DNA from: Candidatus Aenigmatarchaeota archaeon
GTDB taxonomy: Archaea; Aenigmatarchaeota; Aenigmatarchaeia; GW2011-AR5
DNA: 44,033 nt
NCBI GenBank assembly: GCA_018304605.1
Contig: JAGVVU010000033.1
Location: forward strand, 1-44,033
Direction of reading: 5' to 3'
The notes beneath the pieces are model-generated. The model saw only the letters and a list, made by a program, of their open reading frames with translations, searched no databases and was not told the DNA's origin. This document shows, piece by piece, positions 8,023 through 16,137 of the stretch; the stretch's first letter is position 1; each line of letters opens with the position of its first letter. Made by a program: the position numbers and the translations under genes.

Positions 8023-8076
8023 CCATCATAATATTTTTCTTTTGAACCCAGGGACTTTTCTTTCCCAAAAGAAAAG
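8023..8076 (-). promoter_or_regulatory. palindrome cttttcttt/aaagaaaag (8055-8076) plus aaaagaaaaatattatgatgg (minus strand, 8043-8023): terminator for rnp2 / promoter for eif2b
   Basis: Same composite as 1567-1617. The palindrome starts 2 nt after the rnp2 stop. The TATA-like motif would give a 5' UTR of about 160 nt containing L1. Confidence 0.45.
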
Positions 8077-8078
8077 CC

Positions 8079-8435
8079 TCAAAAATATTTGCTCTTGGCA
8101 GACTTGATTGTTCCGGTCACGCCCAATATCCTTATCATGCATTTGGACTCGCTTACAATTGAGATCAGCGCCAGCACCGCCCGCACCTTCTCGACATTGT
8201 CATGGCGGCATTTGATTATTCCGGTCTGCTTCTTCGCGTCGTATGTGTTGTGGACGAACCAGATGTTTGCCTCGGACCCGCCCAGCTCGCCAAGGAACTC
8301 CATGGTCGTCGTCCAGATAGCGTTCACGAGCTCACCGTATATTACAGGACTCTCTGAAATAACCTCGTAAACTATATATCTCTTAGGCGGCCTCATGCTG
8401 GGCGGCAGCATTCTTGGGTCAGCCATGAACATCAC
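8079..8435 (-). CDS. rnp2: RNase P protein component 2 (Pop5)
   Basis: LPPSMRPPKRYIVYEV...GIIKCRHD..EKVRAVLALI matches the Pop5/Rnp2 pattern. Lies close to the rnp3 gene. Confidence 0.8.
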   Translation of the reverse strand: MMFMADPRMLPPSMRPPKRYIVYEVISESPVIYGELVNAIWTTTMEFLGELGGSEANIWFVHNTYDAKKQTGIIKCRHDNVEKVRAVLALISIVSESKCMIRILGVTGTIKSAKSKYF

Positions 8436-8826
8436 CTCTTATTTCAAGCTCGTTAAATCCGGTCTCTTTGTCAAATTCCCTTGAAAATAACATGTCTTCA
8501 GCCTCTCCGATTACTATCTCAGCTGTCACGTAGATAATGCAACCTTCCTTTAGATGACCTCCTATTTCGCTCCCGTTTTCGTCTGACAAAGAAACGTGAA
8601 GATGGACATCATCCTGGCATAACGTGCCTGAAAGCGAGTTTATTTCGAAACGATTTTCGTAATCTTTTACGATATTTTCATCAGCCATCCTTAACGTAGC
8701 CTTACGCAGCGAACCGACGCATGTTATTATAAAACCAGACTGGATTTTGTTTTCCTTTGTGAATTTAATTAGTTCTTTTTTCAAGTCTTGGTTCGGACGG
8801 AGCCGCAAAGCATAAAGTTTCATCAA
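8419..8826 (-). CDS. PPC/DUF296-domain protein (predicted DNA-binding)
   Basis: Pattern L.PNQDL..EL..F.....I.SGFI..CVGSL..A.LR......GT.....VHLHVSL.D..G...GGHL. Overlaps both neighbours (operonic). Confidence 0.6.
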   Translation of the reverse strand: MMKLYALRLRPNQDLKKELIKFTKENKIQSGFIITCVGSLRKATLRMADENIVKDYENRFEINSLSGTLCQDDVHLHVSLSDENGSEIGGHLKEGCIIYVTAEIVIGEAEDMLFSREFDKETGFNELEIRGDVHG

Positions 8827-9512
8827 TCCACCTCGCTGACTCCCTCGTACCTTTTTCCCGCCAGCTTCTCCCTGTTCTCCCTGACCATCTGTTCTGGTAT
8901 CGTGGATGTCGTCTCTATCGCCCTTCCCAGGTCAAGCCCGAGAAGATGCGCTATGGATGCAAGCTCGCGCCCTGACCGCATGCCCCATTTAGTGACTGCG
9001 GATGAGGAGACTATGATTTTTGCGTCGTATTTCTTGCACAGCTCTATGTTCTTTTTCATCGCCGAAAGGATGTATATCCTGTTTCTCTTGTAGCTCTCCA
9101 GCACCTCACGGAAGTTCAATTCTATCGCAACGTTGTTGTCATGAGCCGCGCGCACGCAAATGTGGTCAAGCCCACTGTCCTTGCGGCCGAGCTCGGGGTG
9201 GCAAAGCACGTCTATCATGCTGTTCTCGCAGGCGGCGCGGTTGACGTCATAGTCGCCGCCATGCACCATCAAGACCTCTGCCCTGTCCCTGGCCCTGTCC
9301 GCAAGCTTGCCGACCTCCTCGAGCCTGGCAGGCTTTATCATAACCGAAGAAATCAGGTCTATGCCCTCGAACTGGGGCAGTTCACTAACGGAAGGAAAAT
9401 ACTGGACAAGACCAATGCCCGAAAGACCAAGACGCTTCCCCATCCCGACCATGTCTTCCACGGAATTCTCGCCTATGGAAAGCGTCGTGTGCACATGCAA
9501 GTCATAATTCAT
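8823..9512 (-). CDS. rnp3: RNase P protein component 3 (Rpp30, PHP-like TIM barrel)
   Basis: MNYDLHVHT... start, about 230 aa, and linkage to Pop5. Confidence 0.7.
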   Translation of the reverse strand: MNYDLHVHTTLSIGENSVEDMVGMGKRLGLSGIGLVQYFPSVSELPQFEGIDLISSVMIKPARLEEVGKLADRARDRAEVLMVHGGDYDVNRAACENSMIDVLCHPELGRKDSGLDHICVRAAHDNNVAIELNFREVLESYKRNRIYILSAMKKNIELCKKYDAKIIVSSSAVTKWGMRSGRELASIAHLLGLDLGRAIETTSTIPEQMVRENREKLAGKRYEGVSEVD

Positions 9513-9660
9513 TCAAATCACCCGGACTTCGAAATCTTGCGTTCACCCAACGAACGCGGGATGCCCAGGGCAGCAGCCCCCGGCATCTTCACCCGCCCGG
9601 AAATCCATGTTTTCCGTATAATATTGAGAGCTGAAAGCTTTTAACACTACTAAAAAGAAG

Positions 9661-9996
9661 CTAATGGCGTTCGATAAGCTTGAATTTTATGACTTTTAGC
9701 GGCGTTTCTTCAGCAACTTTTTGCCCAAAATATCTTGAATAGGTCTCATACATTTCCTTATCAGAGGCGAATTTTTCATGCCCCGACTTATCTTCTTTAG
9801 TCATCTCAGCAAATGCAGTGTTTTTCACAGAAAGCACTACTGCCTTCGCAAACGGCTTGCGACTGACAGACTCAACGAACTCAAGCACCTCATCAACTTC
9901 TATTTCGAAATCATAGGAATGCCTGCGCCATGTAATGCCTTTTTCGCCCAAAAGAACTAGAGGAATCAGTTCTCTTACGAATCCTAGCTGTTTCAT
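9661..9996 (-). CDS. ASCH-domain protein
   Basis: FVRELIPLVLLGEKGITWRR... followed by the beta-barrel pattern typical of ASCH/PUA-like proteins. Confidence 0.55.
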   Translation of the reverse strand: MKQLGFVRELIPLVLLGEKGITWRRHSYDFEIEVDEVLEFVESVSRKPFAKAVVLSVKNTAFAEMTKEDKSGHEKFASDKEMYETYSRYFGQKVAEETPLKVIKFKLIERH

Positions 9997-10005
9997 CAGA
10001 ATAAA

Positions 10006-10497
10006 TTAAAGCCCGCGGCTCTTCTTGCCTGCAGAGGTGCGGCCGCGGAATGCACGCCTTCTCTGCGTTGTAATCCAGTTTATCGTCTTGTCGCTCTTTA
10101 TGACCGGATGATTCTTGTCAACAAGTATGACCTCAAAAAAGTGATATTTTCCGTCCTCGCCGACCTTGTAGCTGTTGAGGACTTCGAGGTTTGGATATTT
10201 GCGGGAAACCCGCTTCTCAGCTATCGACTGCTTGTTCTGCTTGGTCGTGAAGAAAAGTCCCATGCTCCTCGGCTTGCGGCCTTTGCGTATTGTAGGCCTT
10301 CGCCTCCCGCCTTTTTTGATGCGCGTGCGTGCTATGACAAAGCCCTGCTTCGCCTTGTAGCCAAGGCTGCGGGCTCTTGCGGGCTTCGTGGGCCCATTGA
10401 GCTTCTTTATGACAGGCTGCCTTCTCCACAGCTTTTCAGGAGACTTGAGAATATTCCTGGCTGCCTTTTCGTCTTTCACACTTATTTGGTCTTCCAT
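10006..10497 (-). CDS. rpl15e: 50S ribosomal protein L15e
   Basis: [29 protein letters not shown]...[29 protein letters not shown]. The start is set at ATG 10497; the upstream part of the 307-aa ORF is antisense to a membrane-protein gene. Confidence 0.9.
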   Translation of the reverse strand: MEDQISVKDEKAARNILKSPEKLWRRQPVIKKLNGPTKPARARSLGYKAKQGFVIARTRIKKGGRRRPTIRKGRKPRSMGLFFTTKQNKQSIAEKRVSRKYPNLEVLNSYKVGEDGKYHFFEVILVDKNHPVIKSDKTINWITTQRRRAFRGRTSAGKKSRGL

Positions 10498-10555
10498 AGT
10501 CAACAGAGTAAGATGCAAAATAAGATATTTAAAGGTAAGTAAGAAAAATGGTAAA

Positions 10556-10792
10556 ATGCACGCTGCAGTAAAACTTGTCGTTGGCGTTATAGTATTTCTC
10601 ATAGGCCTGTACTGGTACCTGCCGGGCAATATCGTTAGCAGCTTCTTCAACAGGAGCGCATTCCAGGCTTTCCTCGTCGTCTTCGAGGGGCTGTTCGGAC
10701 TGCTTCTGATTTTCCTCGGACTGATAGTTGCATGGATAGAGTACGAAGACTTGAAATGGGAAAGAAAGGAAAAGAAGAAACCTGCAAAATAA
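10556..10792 (+). CDS. small membrane protein (78 aa, 2 TM helices)
   Basis: Two hydrophobic helices and a Lys-rich tail. TATA-like atatttaaa about 20 nt upstream. Divergent from rpl15e. Confidence 0.55.
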   Translation: MHAAVKLVVGVIVFLIGLYWYLPGNIVSSFFNRSAFQAFLVVFEGLFGLLLIFLGLIVAWIEYEDLKWERKEKKKPAK

Positions 10793-10796
10793 GCTA

Positions 10797-10868
10797 TTTT
10801 CTTTCGGGAAAAGAAGGACATGCCGAAAGGCGCAAAGCGCCGGTCGCCTGGAGAAAGAAAAATATTGG
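10797..10868 (+). promoter_or_regulatory. ttcttt/aaagaa hairpin, GC hairpins, then gaaagaaaaatattgg (BRE/TATA-like)
   Basis: A variant of the palindrome-plus-promoter cassette seen at 1567, 8076, 16073 and 34751. Confidence 0.35.
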
Positions 10869-10899
10869 ATGGTGGCTCGCTGGCGCTCGCATCTTCTCT

Positions 10900-11032
10900 G
10901 GCTTTGTTGAAATGCTCAACAAAAAGCATCGACGTAGACCCATACGTGTTTCCACGTATGGGTCAGCTAGAGGTATTGTCGATACACAATACCTCTCACG
11001 TCGATGCTTTTACCTAGGATTTCAACAAAGCT
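10900..11032. mobile_element. nested-palindrome element A (MITE-like)
   Basis: 13-bp terminal inverted repeat, 14-bp inner stem and two perfect hairpins (12 and 11 bp) joined by AGCT. tcttctct lies on both flanks. Termini ggctttgttg/caacaaagc are shared with element C. Confidence 0.55.
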
Positions 11033-11065
11033 TCTTCTCTTATTTTTTTCTGCTTTAGTAAGATA

Positions 11066-11809
11066 ATGATAATCAGGGAAGTGCAAGCCAAGTCAATACT
11101 CACGAAGAGCCAGCTTACTGATTATTGCATCAATTGCTATATGGGCTGTTCATTTGGTTGCGCTTATTGCTACGCACAGCTCATAATAAGGAAATTCCAC
11201 CCCGGGCAAGCCTGGGGAGACTATCTTGATGTAAAAATCAATGCGCCGCAGCTGCTCGAGAAGGAGATCGTCCGCGCGAAGCGCGGCACGGTCATGATGT
11301 CATCAGTAACAGACCCCTACCAGCCTCTTGAGGGCAAATACCAGCTGACAAGGCAGTGCCTGGAAATCCTGCTGCGGCATGACTTCCCTGTCACCATCCT
11401 CACGCGATCTCCTCTTGTGACGAGAGACATCACGCTGCTCAAGAAATTCAAGGAATGCACTGTTGGCGTCTCGGTCACGACAAACGACGACAAGGTCAAG
11501 AATTTATTCGAGCCGCTCACGCCCCCATTCAAGATTAGAATAGAAACGTTAAAAGAACTTCACGATTCTGACCTGAGAACATATGCTTTCATAGGTCCCA
11601 TGCTCCGAATGGATCCAAATGTAGTAGGCGAATCGGTCGGCCCAAATGTTGACTATGTTTTCATAGACAAGATTAACTATCCCCAGTTATGGAGACATAT
11701 TGCGGAAAAAAATGGCATATATTTTGACAAGGAATATTTTGAAAATACTCGAGACAGTCTTATCGATTCGTTTAGGGGACAGGGCGTCAAAATCAATGCC
11801 TTGTTCTGA
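11066..11809 (+). CDS. radical SAM protein, SplB/COG1533-like (DNA-repair photolyase family)
   Basis: CSFGCAYCYA (CX3CX2C) near the N-terminus, and the S..TDPYQP.E motif typical of this family. Confidence 0.7.
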   Translation: MIIREVQAKSILTKSQLTDYCINCYMGCSFGCAYCYAQLIIRKFHPGQAWGDYLDVKINAPQLLEKEIVRAKRGTVMMSSVTDPYQPLEGKYQLTRQCLEILLRHDFPVTILTRSPLVTRDITLLKKFKECTVGVSVTTNDDKVKNLFEPLTPPFKIRIETLKELHDSDLRTYAFIGPMLRMDPNVVGESVGPNVDYVFIDKINYPQLWRHIAEKNGIYFDKEYFENTRDSLIDSFRGQGVKINALF

Positions 11810-11874
11810 TTGATATTCTGCAGGCTCAAAAAGTTTATACGCTCAGGGCGGCTTATAGCAGCTGGGTGTGACAA

Positions 11875-13002
11875 ATGTACGCGAGCAAGAAACGATTTCT
11901 AGAAAGGCTTACGCCAAAATTCCCTTCCGTCAAGCTCGGAAAGACGATTGACGGGACAAGTCCGCCTTCGATATTTGTGGGACGCGAGGGATATCCGAAA
12001 GTCTTTGTCGGGCCTCTCGTGACAGAGCAGAAGGGTGATACGTTTGAGATGGACACCCCGGAAGCGTGGCTGGGCAAGAGCAAGATGCAAATCATCGGCT
12101 TCAGGATGCAGCTTGCCCGCGGCATGAAGCAGGTCGGCGTGACGGATATTGACGACAAAATCGTCGGGAAGATGAGGGATATCGCGCTTGCCGGGAAGAC
12201 GGTTGATGCCAACGCAGAGTTTTCAAAAATTCCGAGAGGATACAGCTTCAACGAGGACCACCAGCCGTTCGGGCCTAGTGCGCCGCTGAAGAGCATGGAG
12301 ATATCCAATGTCCGCTTCGAGCATCATATGGAGAAGGCTTATAATGACAGTGACATGAATGCGCGTGCTGCGATTGTCGAACTCTATGAAAAAGGCGTTC
12401 TTGTGTCGCAGATACAGAAAGCCCTCAGTATAGGGGCTTTCGGCGTCAAGAGGCGCTTGGTGCCGACGCGCTGGAGCATAACGGCTGTTGACGACACGCT
12501 TGGAAAGAACCTTCTGGACAGCGTGAGGAGTTATCCGGTCCTTGACAGGTACCTCGTCTACGAGTTCGGCGCGCTCGAGAATTACTTTGCCATACTGCTG
12601 ACACCGACACAATGGCAGTACGAGTTCCTGGAAGTGTTCCTTGGCGTGATGGGACAGGCAGAAATGATATTTTCCGACTGGGAGCCTTACGGAGGGCGCA
12701 CCGCGTATGCCGGCATGGGCGGCTGCTACTATTCAACAAGGCTTGCAATTGCAGAAAAGCTGGACAGCATGAAAAAGCAGTCCGGTGCGATAGTGTTCAG
12801 GGAAAGCTATTCAAGCTACACGCCCCTCGGGGTCTGGCTTGTGAGAGAGAGCGCAAGAAAGGCGCTCCAGATGAAGCCGAGGGAGTTCAGCGACATGAGC
12901 TCCGCACTCAACTACATAGCGAACAAAACACAGCTGCCTTTCTGGAAGTACAGAAGAAGCAGCGTCCTGCTTAGGCAGTCGAGGCTGACCAATTTCTGCT
13001 GA
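11875..13002 (+). CDS. nreA: archaeal DNA repair protein NreA family
   Basis: SPPSIFVGREGYPKVFVGPL, RRLVPTRWSITAVDD and GGCYYSTRLAIAE are hallmark Nre motifs. The stop TGA (13000-13002) is formed at the junction with element D. Confidence 0.75.
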   Translation: MYASKKRFLERLTPKFPSVKLGKTIDGTSPPSIFVGREGYPKVFVGPLVTEQKGDTFEMDTPEAWLGKSKMQIIGFRMQLARGMKQVGVTDIDDKIVGKMRDIALAGKTVDANAEFSKIPRGYSFNEDHQPFGPSAPLKSMEISNVRFEHHMEKAYNDSDMNARAAIVELYEKGVLVSQIQKALSIGAFGVKRRLVPTRWSITAVDDTLGKNLLDSVRSYPVLDRYLVYEFGALENYFAILLTPTQWQYEFLEVFLGVMGQAEMIFSDWEPYGGRTAYAGMGGCYYSTRLAIAEKLDSMKKQSGAIVFRESYSSYTPLGVWLVRESARKALQMKPREFSDMSSALNYIANKTQLPFWKYRRSSVLLRQSRLTNFC

Positions 13003-13160
13003 TTGAATTCCATTAAAGTATGATTATCGCCGTGAGCAGCATTGAAAATGTATGACGCACTTTGTGCGTCTGTCTGTTTTACAATGCTGCTAGCTGACAT
13101 ATACGGTAGTAACCGTATATGTCTACGGCGATAATCATCATACGAATATGGAATTCAATC
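13001..13160. mobile_element. nested-palindrome element D (MITE-like) with a perfect 9-bp target-site duplication
   Basis: TIR gattgaattccat/atggaattcaatc. The direct repeat atttctgct lies immediately on both sides (12992-13000, 13161-13169). Inner 14-bp stem plus two hairpins joined by AGCT. Confidence 0.7.
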
Positions 13161-13238
13161 ATTTCTGCTAGACGTTTCTGCTTTTAAAAAGATTGTTTGC
13201 ATAATTAGGCTAAGGACCACAAACCTGGAGGTATACAA

Positions 13239-13475
13239 ATGGTAAACTTTGAAACAATAAAGAGCGAAGAGATAAAATTCGGCAACAATAATTTCCTGGA
13301 GATCGCGAGGAAAAAGGCGATATCAGAAGAAGGGGAAAACACGTTCCTTTCGCTGAGCCGCGGATTTGTCACGCCGAGCGGCGAGAAAAGATACAGAAAA
13401 TCCTTCACCGTCCCTCTTGACGATAACGTCATAGATTTCGTGGTGAAGAAGCTGAAGGAAGTCAGCAAAGAGTAA
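13239..13475 (+). CDS. hypothetical small protein (78 aa; possibly PC4/YdbC-like)
   Basis: GGAGG lies 9 nt upstream of the ATG. Beta-rich pattern FGNNNFLEIARKK...FLSLSRGF. Family assignment is weak. Confidence 0.5.
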   Translation: MVNFETIKSEEIKFGNNNFLEIARKKAISEEGENTFLSLSRGFVTPSGEKRYRKSFTVPLDDNVIDFVVKKLKEVSKE

Positions 13476-13497
13476 AAACTTTTCCTTTATTTTTAAG

Positions 13498-13962
13498 GTG
13501 TTTATATTGGACGTCAGCTATGCGATAGAAAAGGCAAACGCAAACGAGGACATCAAAAAACTCAGGGACTATTTCTTGTGCTCGTGCTTCGCATGCATCA
13601 AGCATGCCGATGAAAAGATAAGCCAGTGGACCCTTCTCTACTACAACCCGCAAGCGAACAAGGTCGTGGATTGCTTTGTGAATGACAAATTCGTGACCAT
13701 AGGCGAGGAAACGCCGCCGCTTGCAGAGATAGAAAAACCCGATTTCAACGGCCTGAATGTCCAGGCAGAAGACGCGCTCGCCACGGCAAGGGAGAATTTC
13801 AGGAAGAGCACGATAAATGTGCTCATCACGCTCCACCAGAATCCGCTGAAATGGACGATAAATTTCATCAGCAGCGACATGATGGCGACTACTGTAGATG
13901 TGGATGCAAAGAGCGGCAGGATAACAAGGCAGGAAGAGACCAGCCTGATAAGAAGGTTGTGA
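13498..13962 (+). CDS. hypothetical protein (154 aa)
   Basis: GTG start. Same strand as and tandem to the previous gene. No family recognised. Confidence 0.5.
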   Translation: MFILDVSYAIEKANANEDIKKLRDYFLCSCFACIKHADEKISQWTLLYYNPQANKVVDCFVNDKFVTIGEETPPLAEIEKPDFNGLNVQAEDALATARENFRKSTINVLITLHQNPLKWTINFISSDMMATTVDVDAKSGRITRQEETSLIRRL

Positions 13963-14010
13963 GCGGGTCGACCTAACTTGTGTACGAGCAAGGTCTGATA
14001 AAATATGTTT

Positions 14011-14238
14011 TTATTCTGATCCACAATGCCCAGTTTCTTGCACCTTCAGATACGGAGAAATCTCACGGACAAATTGGTCGGCATCTTTTTTGAAGTCGTC
14101 TATCGCTTTGCTTGCCAGCGCCGCATAAATTCTTGCAATTCTTGTCGGTGTCCCATACTCTGCCAAGCAACCCACAATTTCTGCAATTCTATCAAGTTCA
14201 GGTGATGAAGGCTTGTAAACGTATCCGATATAAATCAC
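14011..14238 (-). CDS. hypothetical small protein (75 aa)
   Basis: Starts 9 nt after the stop of the upstream coiled-coil gene. Confidence 0.4.
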   Translation of the reverse strand: MIYIGYVYKPSSPELDRIAEIVGCLAEYGTPTRIARIYAALASKAIDDFKKDADQFVREISPYLKVQETGHCGSE

Positions 14239-14246
14239 CGAAATAT

Positions 14247-15989
14247 TTACCCAGTAGGCATCGACTGCTGTGCCTGCGAGACGTAGAATACCGAACGGCC
14301 GCGCTTCTCGCGCACTACGACGCCACGGACCATAAGAGCATCGAGCCTTTCTCTCAGCTTCTTCTCACCTATCTTCGTTGTCTCCCTCAGCTGCGCAATG
14401 CTCATGCTCGCTGCATTGAGTGTGTTGACTATCAATATGTCGAGCGTCTCATTATTGACTCTTGGGACACGCCTTGTTGCGCGTCTTGCCCGCCTTCTCC
14501 TTGTTGATTTCTTCCTATTCTTTCTTGGAGCGGTTTTCCGTTTCTTCCTTACAGCTTTTGGCCTTAGCGTGCTTATTGCCGCTAGAATTTCATCAGACTG
14601 CTTCTTCAGCCTTGATTCCAGGTCTTCCATTTCCCTCCGCAGCCTGTGCGTCTCTTCCGATGACAATTGGATCCTTTTGTCAATCTTTTCCATCATCTCG
14701 TCACTTATTGATTCAAGCGCCGCTGCTATTTTTCTTTCTGCGGAGTTCATCTCACTCTTCAGACCTTCCATTGTTTCACCGTCGCTTGCGGGCATCTGGT
14801 CCAGCTTGTCCGAAAGTTCCTTGTTCTGGATAAGGGCGTCATTAATCTTGTCATTCAGGCTTTCTGCCATGGAATGAACGTCTTTTACCCTGTCATTCAG
14901 CGCCTCAAGGCTGGCCGTCAGATCAGTCGTGTCGATTTCTACGGGCCTCCCCAGCTCGCTAATACGTGCATCCATGCCGTCCATCTTTTCTTCCAGGCGC
15001 GCGAACAGCTGCATCACCGGGACCATCCCTATCATCTTTTCATCAAGCCTGGAAAACGTGTCAGACATCGCATCATGCCTGCTCTCGATGTTTCTTATCG
15101 AGTCCGAAATATTACCGAGAAGCTCCGAGTTTGCCACGGATATATTGTTCATCTTCTCCTCGAGCCCGTCAATGACTTCTTTCAATACAGGCAATTCGCT
15201 CATCTTCTCGTCCATCTTCAGCGTCAAATCCCCCACAACATCCGACCTGCTCTCAAGCCCTGCGACAGATGACTTCAGGCTTTCGACAGCCGCTGCCATC
15301 TCGTGAATATCAGAAACCTTTTCCTCAAGAGCAGCCACGCTGACCGAGACTTCACCCATCCTGTCCTCTACGCGGCTGGACAGGCTTTCAACCTTTTCGC
15401 CAATCTCGGTGACTGACTCCATTTTTTCTATCATGGATGCGTTGCTGACAGACAAATCCCCGAGTTTTTCCTCGATGCTGTCCAATGCTCCATGATATTC
15501 GCCTGACATATTCTCGATCTTCTCGCCGAGCTCGGCGTTGATGACGGAAATCTCGTTCATCTTTTCCTCGAGCCTGAGCATGGAGTCTGCGAGGAGGGGA
15601 TCCTGCTTCACTTCTGGCACATCTTTTGCCGCGAGATCTGCCATGGAAGTCTGTATGTCTGCCAGAATATCCGCGATGCCCGCGGAAAGCCTGTCAATCT
15701 TTTCATTCATATGAGGACTTTTTTCATCAAGCTTCAGTATCATTTCAGAGAGGAAACTGTATTTGCTGTTTATGGCAGTGATCGAGTCAAGGAGGCCTGA
15801 AAGGATGTCCTTCATGTCCCTGAGAACATCCACATTGTTTATGGCAGATATGCCCTCGAGCTTCTCGATGACAGCTTCAAGCTTGCTCCTGTAATCCTCG
15901 CTAAGGACCCTTGTTTCGATGACCTTCACTGCCGTACGCTCGTCGCTCGGCAGCTCCTCGTCAACCCTCAAAAGGAATTCGTCATTCAT
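14247..15989 (-). CDS. coiled-coil repeat protein with a basic linker and C-terminal winged-helix domain
   Basis: About 450 aa of degenerate repeats built around L[ED]EK[MLV]. Followed by KAVRKKRKTAPRKNRKKSTRRRRARRATRR and then a wHTH-like ...MSIAQLRETTKIGEKKLRERLDALMVRGVVVREKRGR. Confidence 0.7.
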   Translation of the reverse strand: MNDEFLLRVDEELPSDERTAVKVIETRVLSEDYRSKLEAVIEKLEGISAINNVDVLRDMKDILSGLLDSITAINSKYSFLSEMILKLDEKSPHMNEKIDRLSAGIADILADIQTSMADLAAKDVPEVKQDPLLADSMLRLEEKMNEISVINAELGEKIENMSGEYHGALDSIEEKLGDLSVSNASMIEKMESVTEIGEKVESLSSRVEDRMGEVSVSVAALEEKVSDIHEMAAAVESLKSSVAGLESRSDVVGDLTLKMDEKMSELPVLKEVIDGLEEKMNNISVANSELLGNISDSIRNIESRHDAMSDTFSRLDEKMIGMVPVMQLFARLEEKMDGMDARISELGRPVEIDTTDLTASLEALNDRVKDVHSMAESLNDKINDALIQNKELSDKLDQMPASDGETMEGLKSEMNSAERKIAAALESISDEMMEKIDKRIQLSSEETHRLRREMEDLESRLKKQSDEILAAISTLRPKAVRKKRKTAPRKNRKKSTRRRRARRATRRVPRVNNETLDILIVNTLNAASMSIAQLRETTKIGEKKLRERLDALMVRGVVVREKRGRSVFYVSQAQQSMPTG

Positions 15990-16072
15990 AGGTTTTACTT
16001 AATAGTAGTGGTTTTAAAATTATATCCGGATGCATGTGTAATGCTCCTGATATTCTAGAGAATCACACGACC

Positions 16073-16119
16073 CTTTTTCTTAAAAGAAAAAGCCTCGACG
16101 TAAAAAGAAATATTATAGC
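16073..16119 (+). promoter_or_regulatory. palindrome ctttttcttaaaagaaaaag plus aaaaagaaatattatagc (BRE/TATA-like) about 20 nt before ATG 16138
   Basis: The 20-mer palindrome is identical to 33684-33703. The TATA-to-ATG distance fits a leaderless or short-leader archaeal transcript. Confidence 0.5.
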
Positions 16120-16137
16120 ATTGACCAATTACTCTTC

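Noticed and set aside
7990-8030. 11-codon minus-strand ORF (MMDKERRQDNN) at the start of the eif2b leader
   Set aside because: It is too short to support. Its ATG is part of the recurring ATATTATGAT promoter motif seen at other loci.
10498-10929. N-terminal 144-codon extension of the L15e ORF (307 aa in the ORF track)
   Set aside because: L15e homology starts near ATG 10497. The extension is antisense to a plausible membrane-protein gene and runs through the hairpin/promoter region.
10900-11032. Hammerhead or other small self-cleaving ribozyme at the three-way junction of elements A/B/D
   Set aside because: The junction has only AGCT plus 1-nt joints. The CUGAUGA and GAAA core strands are not present at the junction; the GAAA in the outer stem is base-paired.
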